Assembly: GCA_964639615.1 (NCBI GenBank)
Contig: CAZXHH010000001.1
Span: 207,247 to 271,246, forward strand
DNA from: Candidatus Woesearchaeota archaeon
GTDB lineage: Archaea; Nanobdellota; Nanobdellia; Pacearchaeales; GW2011-AR1
Length of the DNA: 64,000 bases
Reading direction: 5' to 3'
Shown here in pieces: positions 34,599 to 43,927 of the stretch (position 1 is the first letter of the stretch; the number at the start of each line of letters is the position of its first letter). The notes below the pieces were generated by a model, which searched no databases, was not told the origin of the DNA, and worked only from the letters and a program-made list of their open reading frames with translations. The translations under genes and the position numbers were made by a program.

Positions 34599-35138
34599 AA
34601 AAAAGAATTCTCACAAGAAATTGAAATCCCAAGCGGAGTTGAAATAAAAAAAGAAGGAAGAAAAGTAATTGTAAAAGGAAAAACTGGGGAAGTTTCAAAA
34701 GAATTTACATTCGGAAAATTGAAATTTGAAGCTAAAGATGGAAAAGTAATTCTTAGCTATCCTATTGCAACAAAAAAAGAAAAAAGAATGATAAATACAA
34801 TTACTGCTCATATAAAAAATATGATTGCAGGTGCAGAAAACAAATTTGAATACAAGTTAAAAATATGTTCAAGCCACTTTCCAATAAATGTTGAAGTAAA
34901 AGGAAATAATATCTTAATTAAAAATTTCTTGGGTGAAAAAACTCCAAGAAAATGTACTCTCCCTGCTGGAGCAGAAATTGATGTTGCAAAAGATATAATC
35001 ACAATAAAATCTTCTAACAGAGAAATTGCTGGACAAGCTGCTGCAAATTTTGAAAATGCAACAATTGTAAGAAACAGAGATAGAAGAGTTTTCCAAGACG
35101 GAATTTATATTACTCAAAAACCTGGGAGGGAAATTTAA
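34596..35138 (+). CDS. rpl6: 50S ribosomal protein L6
   Basis: EIPSGVEI, SHFPI, NFLGEK, DRRVFQDGIYI. Confidence 0.97.
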   Translation: MKKEFSQEIEIPSGVEIKKEGRKVIVKGKTGEVSKEFTFGKLKFEAKDGKVILSYPIATKKEKRMINTITAHIKNMIAGAENKFEYKLKICSSHFPINVEVKGNNILIKNFLGEKTPRKCTLPAGAEIDVAKDIITIKSSNREIAGQAAANFENATIVRNRDRRVFQDGIYITQKPGREI

Positions 35139-35549
35139 ATGCCAAAATTTCTAAGACATATTTCGCATAAATATTCAAAATTAGGAGTTAGAAGAAAGAA
35201 AAAACAAATCTGGAGAAGACCTACTGGAAGAGATAATAAAATGAGAGAACAGAGAAGAGGTCACGGTCCACTAGTTGCAATAGGATATTCAACAGCTAAA
35301 GAAGAAAGAGGCAAAATTGAAGGAAAAACTCCGGTAAGAATTAACAATGTAAACGAACTTAAAGCTATGCAAAAAGATCAAATTGCAGTTTTAGGAAAAA
35401 TCGGAAATAAGAAAAAAATTGAAATAGCTAAAAAAGCAAAAGAGCTTAAGATACAAATTCACAAATTGAATATTGATAAATTTTTAAAATTAAATGATAA
35501 ACCAAAGAAAGAAGAAAAGAAAACTGACCACAAGGAGGCTAAAAAATGA
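35139..35549 (+). CDS. rpl32e: 50S ribosomal protein L32e
   Basis: PKFLRH, WRRPTGRDNKMR, IGYS. Confidence 0.94.
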   Translation: MPKFLRHISHKYSKLGVRRKKKQIWRRPTGRDNKMREQRRGHGPLVAIGYSTAKEERGKIEGKTPVRINNVNELKAMQKDQIAVLGKIGNKKKIEIAKKAKELKIQIHKLNIDKFLKLNDKPKKEEKKTDHKEAKK

Positions 35550-35983
35550 ATCTAAGAGCTAAAAAACAACTTGCTGCAAAAACATTTGGAGTAGGAAAAG
35601 AAAGAATTGCATTTGTTCCTGGAAGAATAGAAGAAATTAAAGAAGCAATTACAAAAGAAGACATGAGAAATTTACAAAAAGACGGAGCAATAATAATCAA
35701 AGAAGTTAAAGGACGAGGGAAAGTCATTTCAGTAAAAAGAAAAAAAGGACTAGGAAATATAAGAAAAAGAGTAAACACAAGAAAGAGAGATTATGTTATA
35801 TTAACAAGAAAATTAAGAAAATTTTTAGCAGATAAAAAGCAAAAAGGAGAAATTAGCAACGAAGAAGTAAAGAAATTAAGAAAAAAAATAAAAAACAAAT
35901 TATTCAAAAGCAAAGCACATTTAAAGGACAATTTAGGAGGATTAAAGAATGAGAACTCAAAAAAGAAGAAGAAAAGAAAATAA
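35546..35983 (+). CDS. rpl19e: 50S ribosomal protein L19e
   Basis: KKQLAAKTFGVGKERI, AITKEDMRNL. Confidence 0.94.
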   Translation: MNLRAKKQLAAKTFGVGKERIAFVPGRIEEIKEAITKEDMRNLQKDGAIIIKEVKGRGKVISVKRKKGLGNIRKRVNTRKRDYVILTRKLRKFLADKKQKGEISNEEVKKLRKKIKNKLFKSKAHLKDNLGGLKNENSKKKKKRK

Positions 35984-36434
35984 AACAGATTATTTGAAAA
36001 GACTAAAACTCTTGAAAGGCGAAAAGCCAAGAATCGTATTTAGAAAAACAAATAGATACATAATCAGCGAATATATTACAAGTGAACAAGCACAGGATAA
36101 AACAATCGTTGGATTTGATTCAAGAAAATTAAGCGAATACGGATGGCCAAAATCTGCTGAAGGAAGTTTAAAATCAGTAACAGCAGCATATTTAACTGGA
36201 TACTTAATGGGCAAAACAATATTAAAAGAAAAACTTGAAAACCCAATTCTTGATGCTGGAATGAACAGAGTTCTTCATAAAAATAAAATTTATGGATTTT
36301 TAAAAGGACTTATTGATGCTGGATTAAAAATAAATTGTAATAAAGAATTTTTCCCAGAAGAATCAAGAATTAAAGGGCAACACTTAAAAAATAAAATTCC
36401 ATTCGATGAAATAAAAACTAAAATAGGAAAATAA
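35949..36434 (+). CDS. rpl18: 50S ribosomal protein L18
   Basis: RRRKENKTDY.KRLKLL, RIVFRKTN, AAYLTG. Confidence 0.95.
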   Translation: MRTQKRRRKENKTDYLKRLKLLKGEKPRIVFRKTNRYIISEYITSEQAQDKTIVGFDSRKLSEYGWPKSAEGSLKSVTAAYLTGYLMGKTILKEKLENPILDAGMNRVLHKNKIYGFLKGLIDAGLKINCNKEFFPEESRIKGQHLKNKIPFDEIKTKIGK

Positions 36435-36435
36435 A

Positions 36436-37248
36436 ATGACAGTAAAAAAAATAAAAGAAACAAAAATTGAACAACCAGATGAATATGCAGAAGTTCCAGA
36501 ACAAGTTTTAGATGCATCTGACTTAAAAGAATTGGAACAGATAAAAAGTGAAACTGAAGTTAAGAAAGTTTTTGATAGAGATAAAGATAGAAATCAGCCT
36601 GTAGTAATAGCATGGAAACCCAAAACAAAACTTGGAGAAGAAGTTAAGAGTGGAAAGATAAAAGATATTGACGAAATATTAAAGAGTGGAAGAAAAATTC
36701 TTGAAGCTGAAATAGCAGACCATTTACTTACTCTTAAATCCGATTTAATTTCAATTGGGCAATCAAAAGGTAAATTCGGTGGAGGAAAAAGAAGAGCTTG
36801 GAGACAAACTCAGAGAAAAACTGAAGAGGGAAATGTTCCTACATTCTCTGCAATGGCAATTGTTGGAGATGAAAACGGACATGTTGGATACGGATATGGA
36901 AATTCTATGGAAACTCTTCCAGCGAGAGATAAAGCATTAAGAAAAGCTAAATTAAATATTATTAGATTAACAAGAGGATGCTCTGGTTTTGATTGTGATT
37001 GTTCTGAATTACACACAGTTCCATTCAAGGTTACAGGAAAAGCTGGAAGCGTTAGAATAACATTAATACCTGCTCCACAGGGAACAGGATTAGTTGTTGC
37101 AAATGAATTAAAAAAGGTATTAAAGCTTGCAGGAATTAAAGATGTTTATAGTAAAAGCTTTGGAAAGATAAGAACTAGCTTTAATTTGATTAAGGCTTGT
37201 TTTGATGCTTTAGAAAAAACAAATGTTGCGGAGGCTAGAGAAGAATGA
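36436..37248 (+). CDS. rps5: 30S ribosomal protein S5
   Basis: WKPKTKLG, VGDENGHVGYG, IPAPQGTGLV. Confidence 0.97.
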   Translation: MTVKKIKETKIEQPDEYAEVPEQVLDASDLKELEQIKSETEVKKVFDRDKDRNQPVVIAWKPKTKLGEEVKSGKIKDIDEILKSGRKILEAEIADHLLTLKSDLISIGQSKGKFGGGKRRAWRQTQRKTEEGNVPTFSAMAIVGDENGHVGYGYGNSMETLPARDKALRKAKLNIIRLTRGCSGFDCDCSELHTVPFKVTGKAGSVRITLIPAPQGTGLVVANELKKVLKLAGIKDVYSKSFGKIRTSFNLIKACFDALEKTNVAEAREE

Positions 37249-37604
37249 TTGCACTTGTTAGAATTAAAGGAAGAGTAGGTTTAAGCAGAGATATAAATGA
37301 AACACTAGATAGACTAAGATTAAGAAAAAAATATACTTGTGTGATTATTGAAGGTACTCCTGAACAAACAGGTATGCTTGAAAAAATACAAGATTTCATT
37401 GCATTTGGTGAAATCACAGAAGATACTCTAAAACAATTAATTACAAAGAGAGGGAAAAAAGGAAAAGACGGAAAGCTAAAACCTTTTTTCAGATTACATC
37501 CTCCAAGAAAAGGAATAGAATCAAAGAAACATTTTGGAGTTGGAAAAGGAGTCTTAGGAAATAATAAAGAAAAAATAAATGATTTGATTTTAAGAATGTT
37601 ATAA
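37245..37604 (+). CDS. rpl30: 50S ribosomal protein L30
   Basis: IALVRIKG, TLDRLRL, FRLHPPRKG. Confidence 0.95.
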   Translation: MIALVRIKGRVGLSRDINETLDRLRLRKKYTCVIIEGTPEQTGMLEKIQDFIAFGEITEDTLKQLITKRGKKGKDGKLKPFFRLHPPRKGIESKKHFGVGKGVLGNNKEKINDLILRML

Positions 37605-37605
37605 A

Positions 37606-38109
37606 ATGGCACTAAGAAAAACACACAAAAGAACAAAAGTCTCGAGAATGCATGGAAGAAAGATGGGAAGCCATGGCTGGGGTTCTAGAAAGAAGCACAA
37701 GAAATCAGGACACAGAGGAGGAACAGGAATGGCTGGAACAGGAAAGAGAGGAGACACAAAAATTACACTAGTTACTAAATTATACGGAAATGAATATTTT
37801 GGAAAACAAGGAATAACTTCAAGAAAAACAAAGAGAGATACAAGACAGAGAATTAATATTCAACAGATTACAAAAAATCTTGAGAAATATGGTAAGAAAA
37901 CTGCAAAGGGATGGGAAATAAATCTTGAGAAATACAAAATCCTTGGAGAAGGTGAAGTTAGTGAAAAATTAATAATCAAGGCTCTTGAAGCTTCTGAATC
38001 TGCAATTGAAAAAGTAAAAAAAGCAGGCGGAGAAATAATTCTTTCAAAAAAGACAGAAGAAAAAGAAGTTGAAGAGCCAGTAAAAGAAAAAGTAGTAAAG
38101 AAGAAATAA
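37606..38109 (+). CDS. rpl15: 50S ribosomal protein L15
   Basis: SHGWG..HRGGTGMAG, KILGEG, SAIEKVKKAGG. Confidence 0.96.
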   Translation: MALRKTHKRTKVSRMHGRKMGSHGWGSRKKHKKSGHRGGTGMAGTGKRGDTKITLVTKLYGNEYFGKQGITSRKTKRDTRQRINIQQITKNLEKYGKKTAKGWEINLEKYKILGEGEVSEKLIIKALEASESAIEKVKKAGGEIILSKKTEEKEVEEPVKEKVVKKK

Positions 38110-38265
38110 TTATAATTATCTTAGTAAAATTATATCTCGTTCTACAATTAATTAAATATAATCTCAAGACTGTTGCAGATAACTAAATGTTTTTTATTCT
38201 CAATTTACCTTAAGAATCAACCATTAAACCACCATCTTTTTAAACTAATTTTATTTAATTATCCA

Positions 38266-39660
38266 ATGGCTGATTTGACAAAAATATTTGCTTTAATCCC
38301 TGAGGTGAGAAAACCCGACGAGAGAAAACTTGCATTTAATGTAAAGCTTAAATGGACTTTGGTTGTTCTTGTTGCATTTTTTATTCTAGCAAATGTATCT
38401 CTGTATGGCTTATCGAATAACGCCTTAGAAAGATTCCAGTATTTATCAATTATCTTGGGAACAGACTTTGGTTCTATTATTTCTTTAGGTATTGGGCCAA
38501 TAGTTATGGCTTCTATTATCTTGCAATTATTAACTGGAGCAGGAATATTTAATATTAATTTAACAACAACTGAAGGAAAGAAATTTTTCCAGGGAATACA
38601 AAAACTTCTTGTTTTCTTCTTTATAGTTTTCGAAGCAATGGTTTATGTATTGATGAAAGGTTTAGAGGCTCTTCCTGGATATGCGGGGCTAGTTATTTTC
38701 CAGCTTATTTTGGGAGGAATTGCAATTTATTATATGAATGAACTTTGTGAAAAATGGGGATTCGGTTCTGGTGTAAGTATATTTATTGCTGCTGGAGCAT
38801 CATGGCACTTATTTACTGCTGCTTTCCAATTCATTAATCAGCAAGGAGGAAATTGTTTACTTAACTTTAAAGAAACAGCCTGCTCAGGTAAAGTATTGGT
38901 TTTGCTTCAATCAATAATAAACAAGTATCCTGTTGAATTTACTTCTGCATTAGGTGCATTATTGGCAACAGTTTTAATTTTCTTACTTGTAGTTTGGGCT
39001 CAAAGTTTGAAAGTAGAAATTCCTTTAAGCTTTGGTAGAATTAGAGGATATGCTATAAAATGGCCTCTTGCATTTTTCTATGCTTCAGTTATTCCAGTAA
39101 TCTTAACAGCAGCATTAGTTGCAAATATTCAATTATTTGGTGGGCTTCTTGAAAATTGGGCAGGACATGCAACCTTTTTAGGACACTTCACAAATGGACA
39201 AGCTGTTTCTGGATTTGCCTTCTGGCTTGGACATACAAACATTCTTGAATTGGTAATTAGAGGAGGTTTGCTTCCAAGATATTTAATCCAGGGACTTACA
39301 CATATAATCTTCTATACAGCACTTGCTACTTTATTCTCTGTATTTTGGGTAAAAACTTCTGGAATGGGAGCAAAAGAACAAGCAGAAAAAATATCTGCTT
39401 CAGGATTACAAATTTCAGGATTTAGACAAGATATTCGAATTTTAGAAAGTGTTTTAGATAGATACATAATGCCTTTAACAGTTATGGGAGGAGCAGCTAT
39501 TGGGCTACTTGCTGCAACAACTGATTTATTGGGAGCATTATCTTCTGGAACAGCAATTCTTTTAGTAATTATGATTATGTATCAATTCTATCAGAAGATT
39601 GCAGAACAACACATGACAGATATGAATCCTGCAATGAGAAAGTTTATTGGAAGCAATTAA
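38266..39660 (+). CDS. secY: Preprotein translocase SecY / Sec61-alpha
   Basis: LGIGPIVMASIILQLL, WGFGSGVSIFI, YASVIPVIL; start moved to Met32 of the track ORF. Confidence 0.96.
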   Translation: MADLTKIFALIPEVRKPDERKLAFNVKLKWTLVVLVAFFILANVSLYGLSNNALERFQYLSIILGTDFGSIISLGIGPIVMASIILQLLTGAGIFNINLTTTEGKKFFQGIQKLLVFFFIVFEAMVYVLMKGLEALPGYAGLVIFQLILGGIAIYYMNELCEKWGFGSGVSIFIAAGASWHLFTAAFQFINQQGGNCLLNFKETACSGKVLVLLQSIINKYPVEFTSALGALLATVLIFLLVVWAQSLKVEIPLSFGRIRGYAIKWPLAFFYASVIPVILTAALVANIQLFGGLLENWAGHATFLGHFTNGQAVSGFAFWLGHTNILELVIRGGLLPRYLIQGLTHIIFYTALATLFSVFWVKTSGMGAKEQAEKISASGLQISGFRQDIRILESVLDRYIMPLTVMGGAAIGLLAATTDLLGALSSGTAILLVIMIMYQFYQKIAEQHMTDMNPAMRKFIGSN

Positions 39661-39661
39661 A

Positions 39662-40246
39662 ATGACAGAAGAAAAAACAACTGAAAAATTAATTGAGAAT
39701 AAATCTGCAAAAGAAGGAAGTTTTACAATTCTTTTTTTATTCATGCTTTTTTCTTTATTTCTAGCCGGATTATGGGATAAAATACCTGCAATAAAAAATT
39801 CTATTCACTCTGTACTTGATCCAAGTGCAGGAGCATTGTTAAATTGGAACTTAAACATTGGAATGTTGATAATTGTCTTTGTAATTACATTCATAACGAC
39901 ACTTGTTCAAAAATATGCTACAGACCAAAAAACATTGAAAGAATTGAGAGAAGAACAAAAACAGATTCAAAAACAAATGCAGGAATTTAAGAATCATCCT
40001 GAAAAATTAATGGAACTTCAGAAGAAACAATTTTCAATGATGCCAAAACAGATGAAATTGACTATGAGAGCTATTATTTATACAGGTATCCCAATTATTT
40101 TGTTCTTTAGATGGTTCAACGACTATTTCGTTGCTGCTGGAAGTCCAAAATTTTTATTAGGACTTAGCTGGTTCTGGTTTTACTTGATATCTGCAATAAT
40201 TTTTGGTTCAATATTAAAACATAAAAAATTATTAGACGTTGTTTAA
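39662..40246 (+). CDS. EMC3/TMCO1 (DUF106, Oxa1-superfamily) membrane protein
   Basis: TM, coiled coil, TM, then WFWFY; canonical position downstream of secY. Confidence 0.88.
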   Translation: MTEEKTTEKLIENKSAKEGSFTILFLFMLFSLFLAGLWDKIPAIKNSIHSVLDPSAGALLNWNLNIGMLIIVFVITFITTLVQKYATDQKTLKELREEQKQIQKQMQEFKNHPEKLMELQKKQFSMMPKQMKLTMRAIIYTGIPIILFFRWFNDYFVAAGSPKFLLGLSWFWFYLISAIIFGSILKHKKLLDVV

Positions 40247-40263
40247 AAATAAAATAATTTCAA

Positions 40264-40452
40264 TTAAACTTTTGGTGTTGCAACCCAAAGATCATAATTA
40301 TTAAAAATTGGATTGGTACTATAAAAAACTTCTTTCAAACTTTTGGACATAGGAGAAAAATTATAAAATTCTTCAGTTAAGGGTTTTACCTCTTTTGGAG
40401 GTTCTTCCATTATGCTTTTAGGCTCGTTCCTAAGTATTATCTTTTCCACCAT
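40264..40452 (-). CDS. Small hypothetical protein
   Basis: 62-aa ORF occupying an otherwise empty gap; no motif. Confidence 0.4.
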   Translation of the reverse strand: MVEKIILRNEPKSIMEEPPKEVKPLTEEFYNFSPMSKSLKEVFYSTNPIFNNYDLWVATPKV

Positions 40453-40530
40453 TTAATTTAAATGAAAATTAATTTTTTAAACATTTGTACAATTCAAAAC
40501 CCTTAAAAACACCTATTTTCTGATTGTAAA

Positions 40531-41040
40531 ATGGAAAGTGAAGAACAAGCAAAGCAAAGAGAGCTTACAATAAAGTTTCAGATGTTTGAGCAGCAAATTA
40601 GAATGCTTCAAGAGCAACTTCAGGCTGTAGAACAGGCAATTTTAGAGCTAGGAACATTAAATTTAGATTTTGATGAATTAGTTGGTAAAAAAGACAAAGA
40701 AATTCTTGCTCCAGTAGGGAGAGGGATTTTTGTGAAGGCGAAGTTGCTTTCAGAAGAACTAATAGTTGATATTGGGAATAAAAATTTTGTTAAAAAAACA
40801 ATTCCTGAAACAAAAAAAATATTACAGAATCAAATAAAAAAGTTAGAGAAGGTGAAAGAAGATTTAAACGCTGAATTAGAGAAAATTAATATTGAAATTA
40901 CAAAAGAATTTACAGCACACAGTTCGCATATGCATCATCACGAATGCAACTGCGGAAATGAAGAGTGTGAATGTGAAGAAGATTGTGATTGTGAAGATGG
41001 AGAGTGCGAGTGTGAAAAGAAAGGAAAAAAGAAAAAGTAA
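40531..41040 (+). CDS. pfdA: Prefoldin alpha subunit with His/Cys-rich C-terminal tail
   Basis: EILAPVGRGIFVKA..LIVDIGNKNFVKK beta hairpins. Confidence 0.93.
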   Translation: MESEEQAKQRELTIKFQMFEQQIRMLQEQLQAVEQAILELGTLNLDFDELVGKKDKEILAPVGRGIFVKAKLLSEELIVDIGNKNFVKKTIPETKKILQNQIKKLEKVKEDLNAELEKINIEITKEFTAHSSHMHHHECNCGNEECECEEDCDCEDGECECEKKGKKKK

Positions 41041-41140
41041 TTCTGTTTCAAAACACTTGTTAGTGCGATAATCTTTAATATCGTGATTAGAGTTAAGTTG
41101 AACAATATTCGATTTTACTTATATTAATAACCTTCTTTGA

Positions 41141-41953
41141 TTAATACATCTCATTAACAAATTTATCATACTTCATTAAACCAAATTCGGTTATAATCCC
41201 TGAAATATATTTTTTATTCACAAATTCAAAAGCAGGATTTTTTATCTTTACTCCTTTAGGGGCTTTATCCCAGACTTCATTAATATCTCTTTGTTCCAGA
41301 GAAATTCTAGCTTTTGTAAATTTCCAAGAATCTGCTATAATATAAACAGGAATCTTATTTTGTAATGCTATTTTTGCAATCAATTCGCTTCCAATTTTAT
41401 TAATAATTCCTTCTTTAAGTAATGCATCTGCACCTAAAAATACAAAATTAGGTTTTTTGAATCCCTGCTCCCCTGAAAGAACGTCGTCAATTGCAGACTC
41501 AACTGACATTGTTATTTTTATTTTTGAAGAAGCTAAATCTTTAGCTGTTTTTCTTCCTTGAAAAAGTGGACGAGTTTCTGTATTGTATACTTCAAAATTT
41601 TTTCCTTTCTTTTTACAATAAATTAAGGATTTTATAACATTTGTAGAATGACAGTGTATAAATATAATATTTTTATTTTTTATTAAACTCAATATACTCT
41701 TGTTTATTTTATTTTGAGCTTCTTCAAAATGCTCTGCTATTTTCGAATATGAGAAATTTTTCTCAGCCAATTCTAATACATGATGCATCATAGGCTCTGT
41801 AGGTCTTGAGTGTAAAAGAATTGTTTTGGATAATTCTGTAGGCATTAATTTGTAGGCAGTCAATGCAGCTTTTGCAACATCAGCTGCTCCCTGAATTTTT
41901 ATATTTTTTATATCTTCGACTATTTTTTTAAATCTCTCCTCTTTAGTCTGCAT
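41141..41953 (-). CDS. Ribose-1,5-bisphosphate isomerase (eIF2B-alpha family)
   Basis: IQGAADVA, SRPTEP, HCHSTNV, TETRPLFQG, GADA, NKIGS, NPAFE. Confidence 0.88.
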   Translation of the reverse strand: MQTKEERFKKIVEDIKNIKIQGAADVAKAALTAYKLMPTELSKTILLHSRPTEPMMHHVLELAEKNFSYSKIAEHFEEAQNKINKSILSLIKNKNIIFIHCHSTNVIKSLIYCKKKGKNFEVYNTETRPLFQGRKTAKDLASSKIKITMSVESAIDDVLSGEQGFKKPNFVFLGADALLKEGIINKIGSELIAKIALQNKIPVYIIADSWKFTKARISLEQRDINEVWDKAPKGVKIKNPAFEFVNKKYISGIITEFGLMKYDKFVNEMY

Positions 41954-42003
41954 TTAAAAATAAAATCCCGAACATTTAAAAATTATCTTCTTTTTATAAT
42001 AAA

Positions 42004-42858
42004 ATGTTAGAGTCTCTAATAAATCCAAAAAGAGGGGAAAAAGGGCCATGGAAAATGTTTTTCATTGGTTTAATCTATGCTTCTCTTTCACTTATATTAG
42101 TTCATCTATTTTTTGCTAGTGATCCAAATCTTTCAAAAGCATCAGGTATATTAGTAGTTTTATTCTGTATAATGTTTTGTTTTCCATTTATGTATTATAT
42201 AATAAAAACTGAAGAAAAGGAAGATGAAGAAGCAGAAGGAGTTTTCAATGTTTGGGAAGCCCATAAAGATGCTATTTACGCTTTAATGTGGTTGTTCTTT
42301 GGTCTTGTAGTTGCTTTTTCTTTTTGGAATATTGTTTTACAAGATTCAAATCTTCTTAATTTTCAAATACAGACTTATTGTCAAATAAACAGTCCTGGAG
42401 ATATTGATAATTGTGTTGCAAAATATTCCGCTGGAAGCTTTCTTACAGGAAACTCTACTAGTGGGCTAAGATTTTTATCTATAATCGAGAATAATGTTTA
42501 TGTAATGATATTTACATTGATATTTTCTTTAATATTTGGCGCAGGAGCACTATTTGTTCTAGTCTGGAATGCAAGTGTAATTTCTGCTGCAATTGGAATC
42601 TTTGCACAATATAGAGTAAGCGATATTCCTCTAGGGATTGCTAGATATATAATTCACGGATTACCAGAAATTGCAGCTTACTTCATAACTGCCCTTGCTG
42701 GGGGAATATTTGGTATAGGTCTGATAAGGCACGGTGTTCAAGATAGGAGATTTTTGAAAGTTGTCGAAAACGTAATAATCCTAATCTTTATTGCACTTGT
42801 AATCTTAATAATAGCTGCTTTGCTTGAAGTTTATGTTACCCCAATTATATTCAAGTAA
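42004..42858 (+). CDS. Stage II sporulation M (DUF95)-like membrane protein
   Basis: IIENN, VWNASVI, HGLPEIAAY motifs. Confidence 0.85.
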   Translation: MLESLINPKRGEKGPWKMFFIGLIYASLSLILVHLFFASDPNLSKASGILVVLFCIMFCFPFMYYIIKTEEKEDEEAEGVFNVWEAHKDAIYALMWLFFGLVVAFSFWNIVLQDSNLLNFQIQTYCQINSPGDIDNCVAKYSAGSFLTGNSTSGLRFLSIIENNVYVMIFTLIFSLIFGAGALFVLVWNASVISAAIGIFAQYRVSDIPLGIARYIIHGLPEIAAYFITALAGGIFGIGLIRHGVQDRRFLKVVENVIILIFIALVILIIAALLEVYVTPIIFK

Positions 42859-42889
42859 AATTTAAAAGTCAGCTACTTCTTAATTTCTA

Positions 42890-43885
42890 ATGGAACCTTT
42901 GATAATGCTAATAATTTTTATTAGTTTTTTCTGTACTTTTTTTAGCATTCCTTTCTGGATAAAAAAAGCAAAGCAAATAGGGCTTGTCTGGGAAGACATG
43001 AACAAAAATGAAAAAGAAAAGAATGTAGCAGGTTCTGGAGGAATTACTGTTGTTGTTGGAGCAATTCTTGGTATATTCTTATACATTGGTGTTCAAATTT
43101 TTTATTTCAAAAATATAGACGGAACATTAATAGAAATTTTTGCACTATCAACACTAATTCTCTTAGTAGCAGGAATAGGACTAATTGATGATTTATTTGG
43201 ATGGAAACACGGTGGCCTCTCAAAACGTTCAAGAATTATACTTGTATTCTTTTCAGCAATTCCTCTAATGGTAATTAATGCAGGACAATCTACTGTTTTG
43301 GGAATTAATTTTGGAATATTCTATCCCCTATTAATTATACCCATTGGAGTTTTGGGAGCAACAACAACTTTTAATTTCTTAGCAGGATTTAACGGATTAG
43401 AAGCTGGACAAGGAATAATTATGCTTTCTGCGTTGGCAATAGTTACTTATCTTACAGGTAATAGCTGGTTATCAGTTATAGCATTATGTTTAGTTGCATC
43501 ATTAATTGCATTTTACTTATTTAATTCAAATCCAGCAAAAATTTTCCCAGGAGATGTTTTAACTTATGCTGTTGGTGCTTCAATTGCAGCAATTGCAATA
43601 CTGGGAGATGCTGAAAAGATTGCATTATTCATGTTTATACCTTATTTCTTTGAAACAGTATTAAAGCTTAGAGGGGGATTAAAGAAACAAAGTTTCGGAA
43701 AGCCAAATAGTGATGGAAGTTTAGAATTACCTTATGACAAAATTTATGGCCTTGAACATTTAGCAATAAAAATACTGAAGAAAATAAAACCAAGCAAGAA
43801 AGTTTATGAAAATGATGTTGTGTATCTTATCAATGGATTCCAAATATTTATTGTAATAGTAGGTTTCTTATTATTCATTATTTAA
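42890..43885 (+). CDS. Polyprenyl-phosphate GlcNAc-1-P transferase (MraY/WecA/AglH family)
   Basis: GLIDD, NFLAGFNGLEAG, FPGD motifs; multi-TM. Confidence 0.9.
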   Translation: MEPLIMLIIFISFFCTFFSIPFWIKKAKQIGLVWEDMNKNEKEKNVAGSGGITVVVGAILGIFLYIGVQIFYFKNIDGTLIEIFALSTLILLVAGIGLIDDLFGWKHGGLSKRSRIILVFFSAIPLMVINAGQSTVLGINFGIFYPLLIIPIGVLGATTTFNFLAGFNGLEAGQGIIMLSALAIVTYLTGNSWLSVIALCLVASLIAFYLFNSNPAKIFPGDVLTYAVGASIAAIAILGDAEKIALFMFIPYFFETVLKLRGGLKKQSFGKPNSDGSLELPYDKIYGLEHLAIKILKKIKPSKKVYENDVVYLINGFQIFIVIVGFLLFII

Positions 43886-43927
43886 TGTATTAAAAAGGTT
43901 TTAAAATGGAGTTTTCATATAGTCACT

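Noticed and set aside
38173-38265. N-terminal extension of SecY from a TTG/GTG-type start
   Set aside because: AT-rich intergenic-like sequence with no SecY similarity; ATG at 38266 gives the normal N-terminus.
41065-41085. CGATA-N8-TATCG repeat sharing the ATCTTTA core with the RelA palindrome
   Set aside because: Only 5 bp arms in AT-rich DNA between convergent genes; likely chance.
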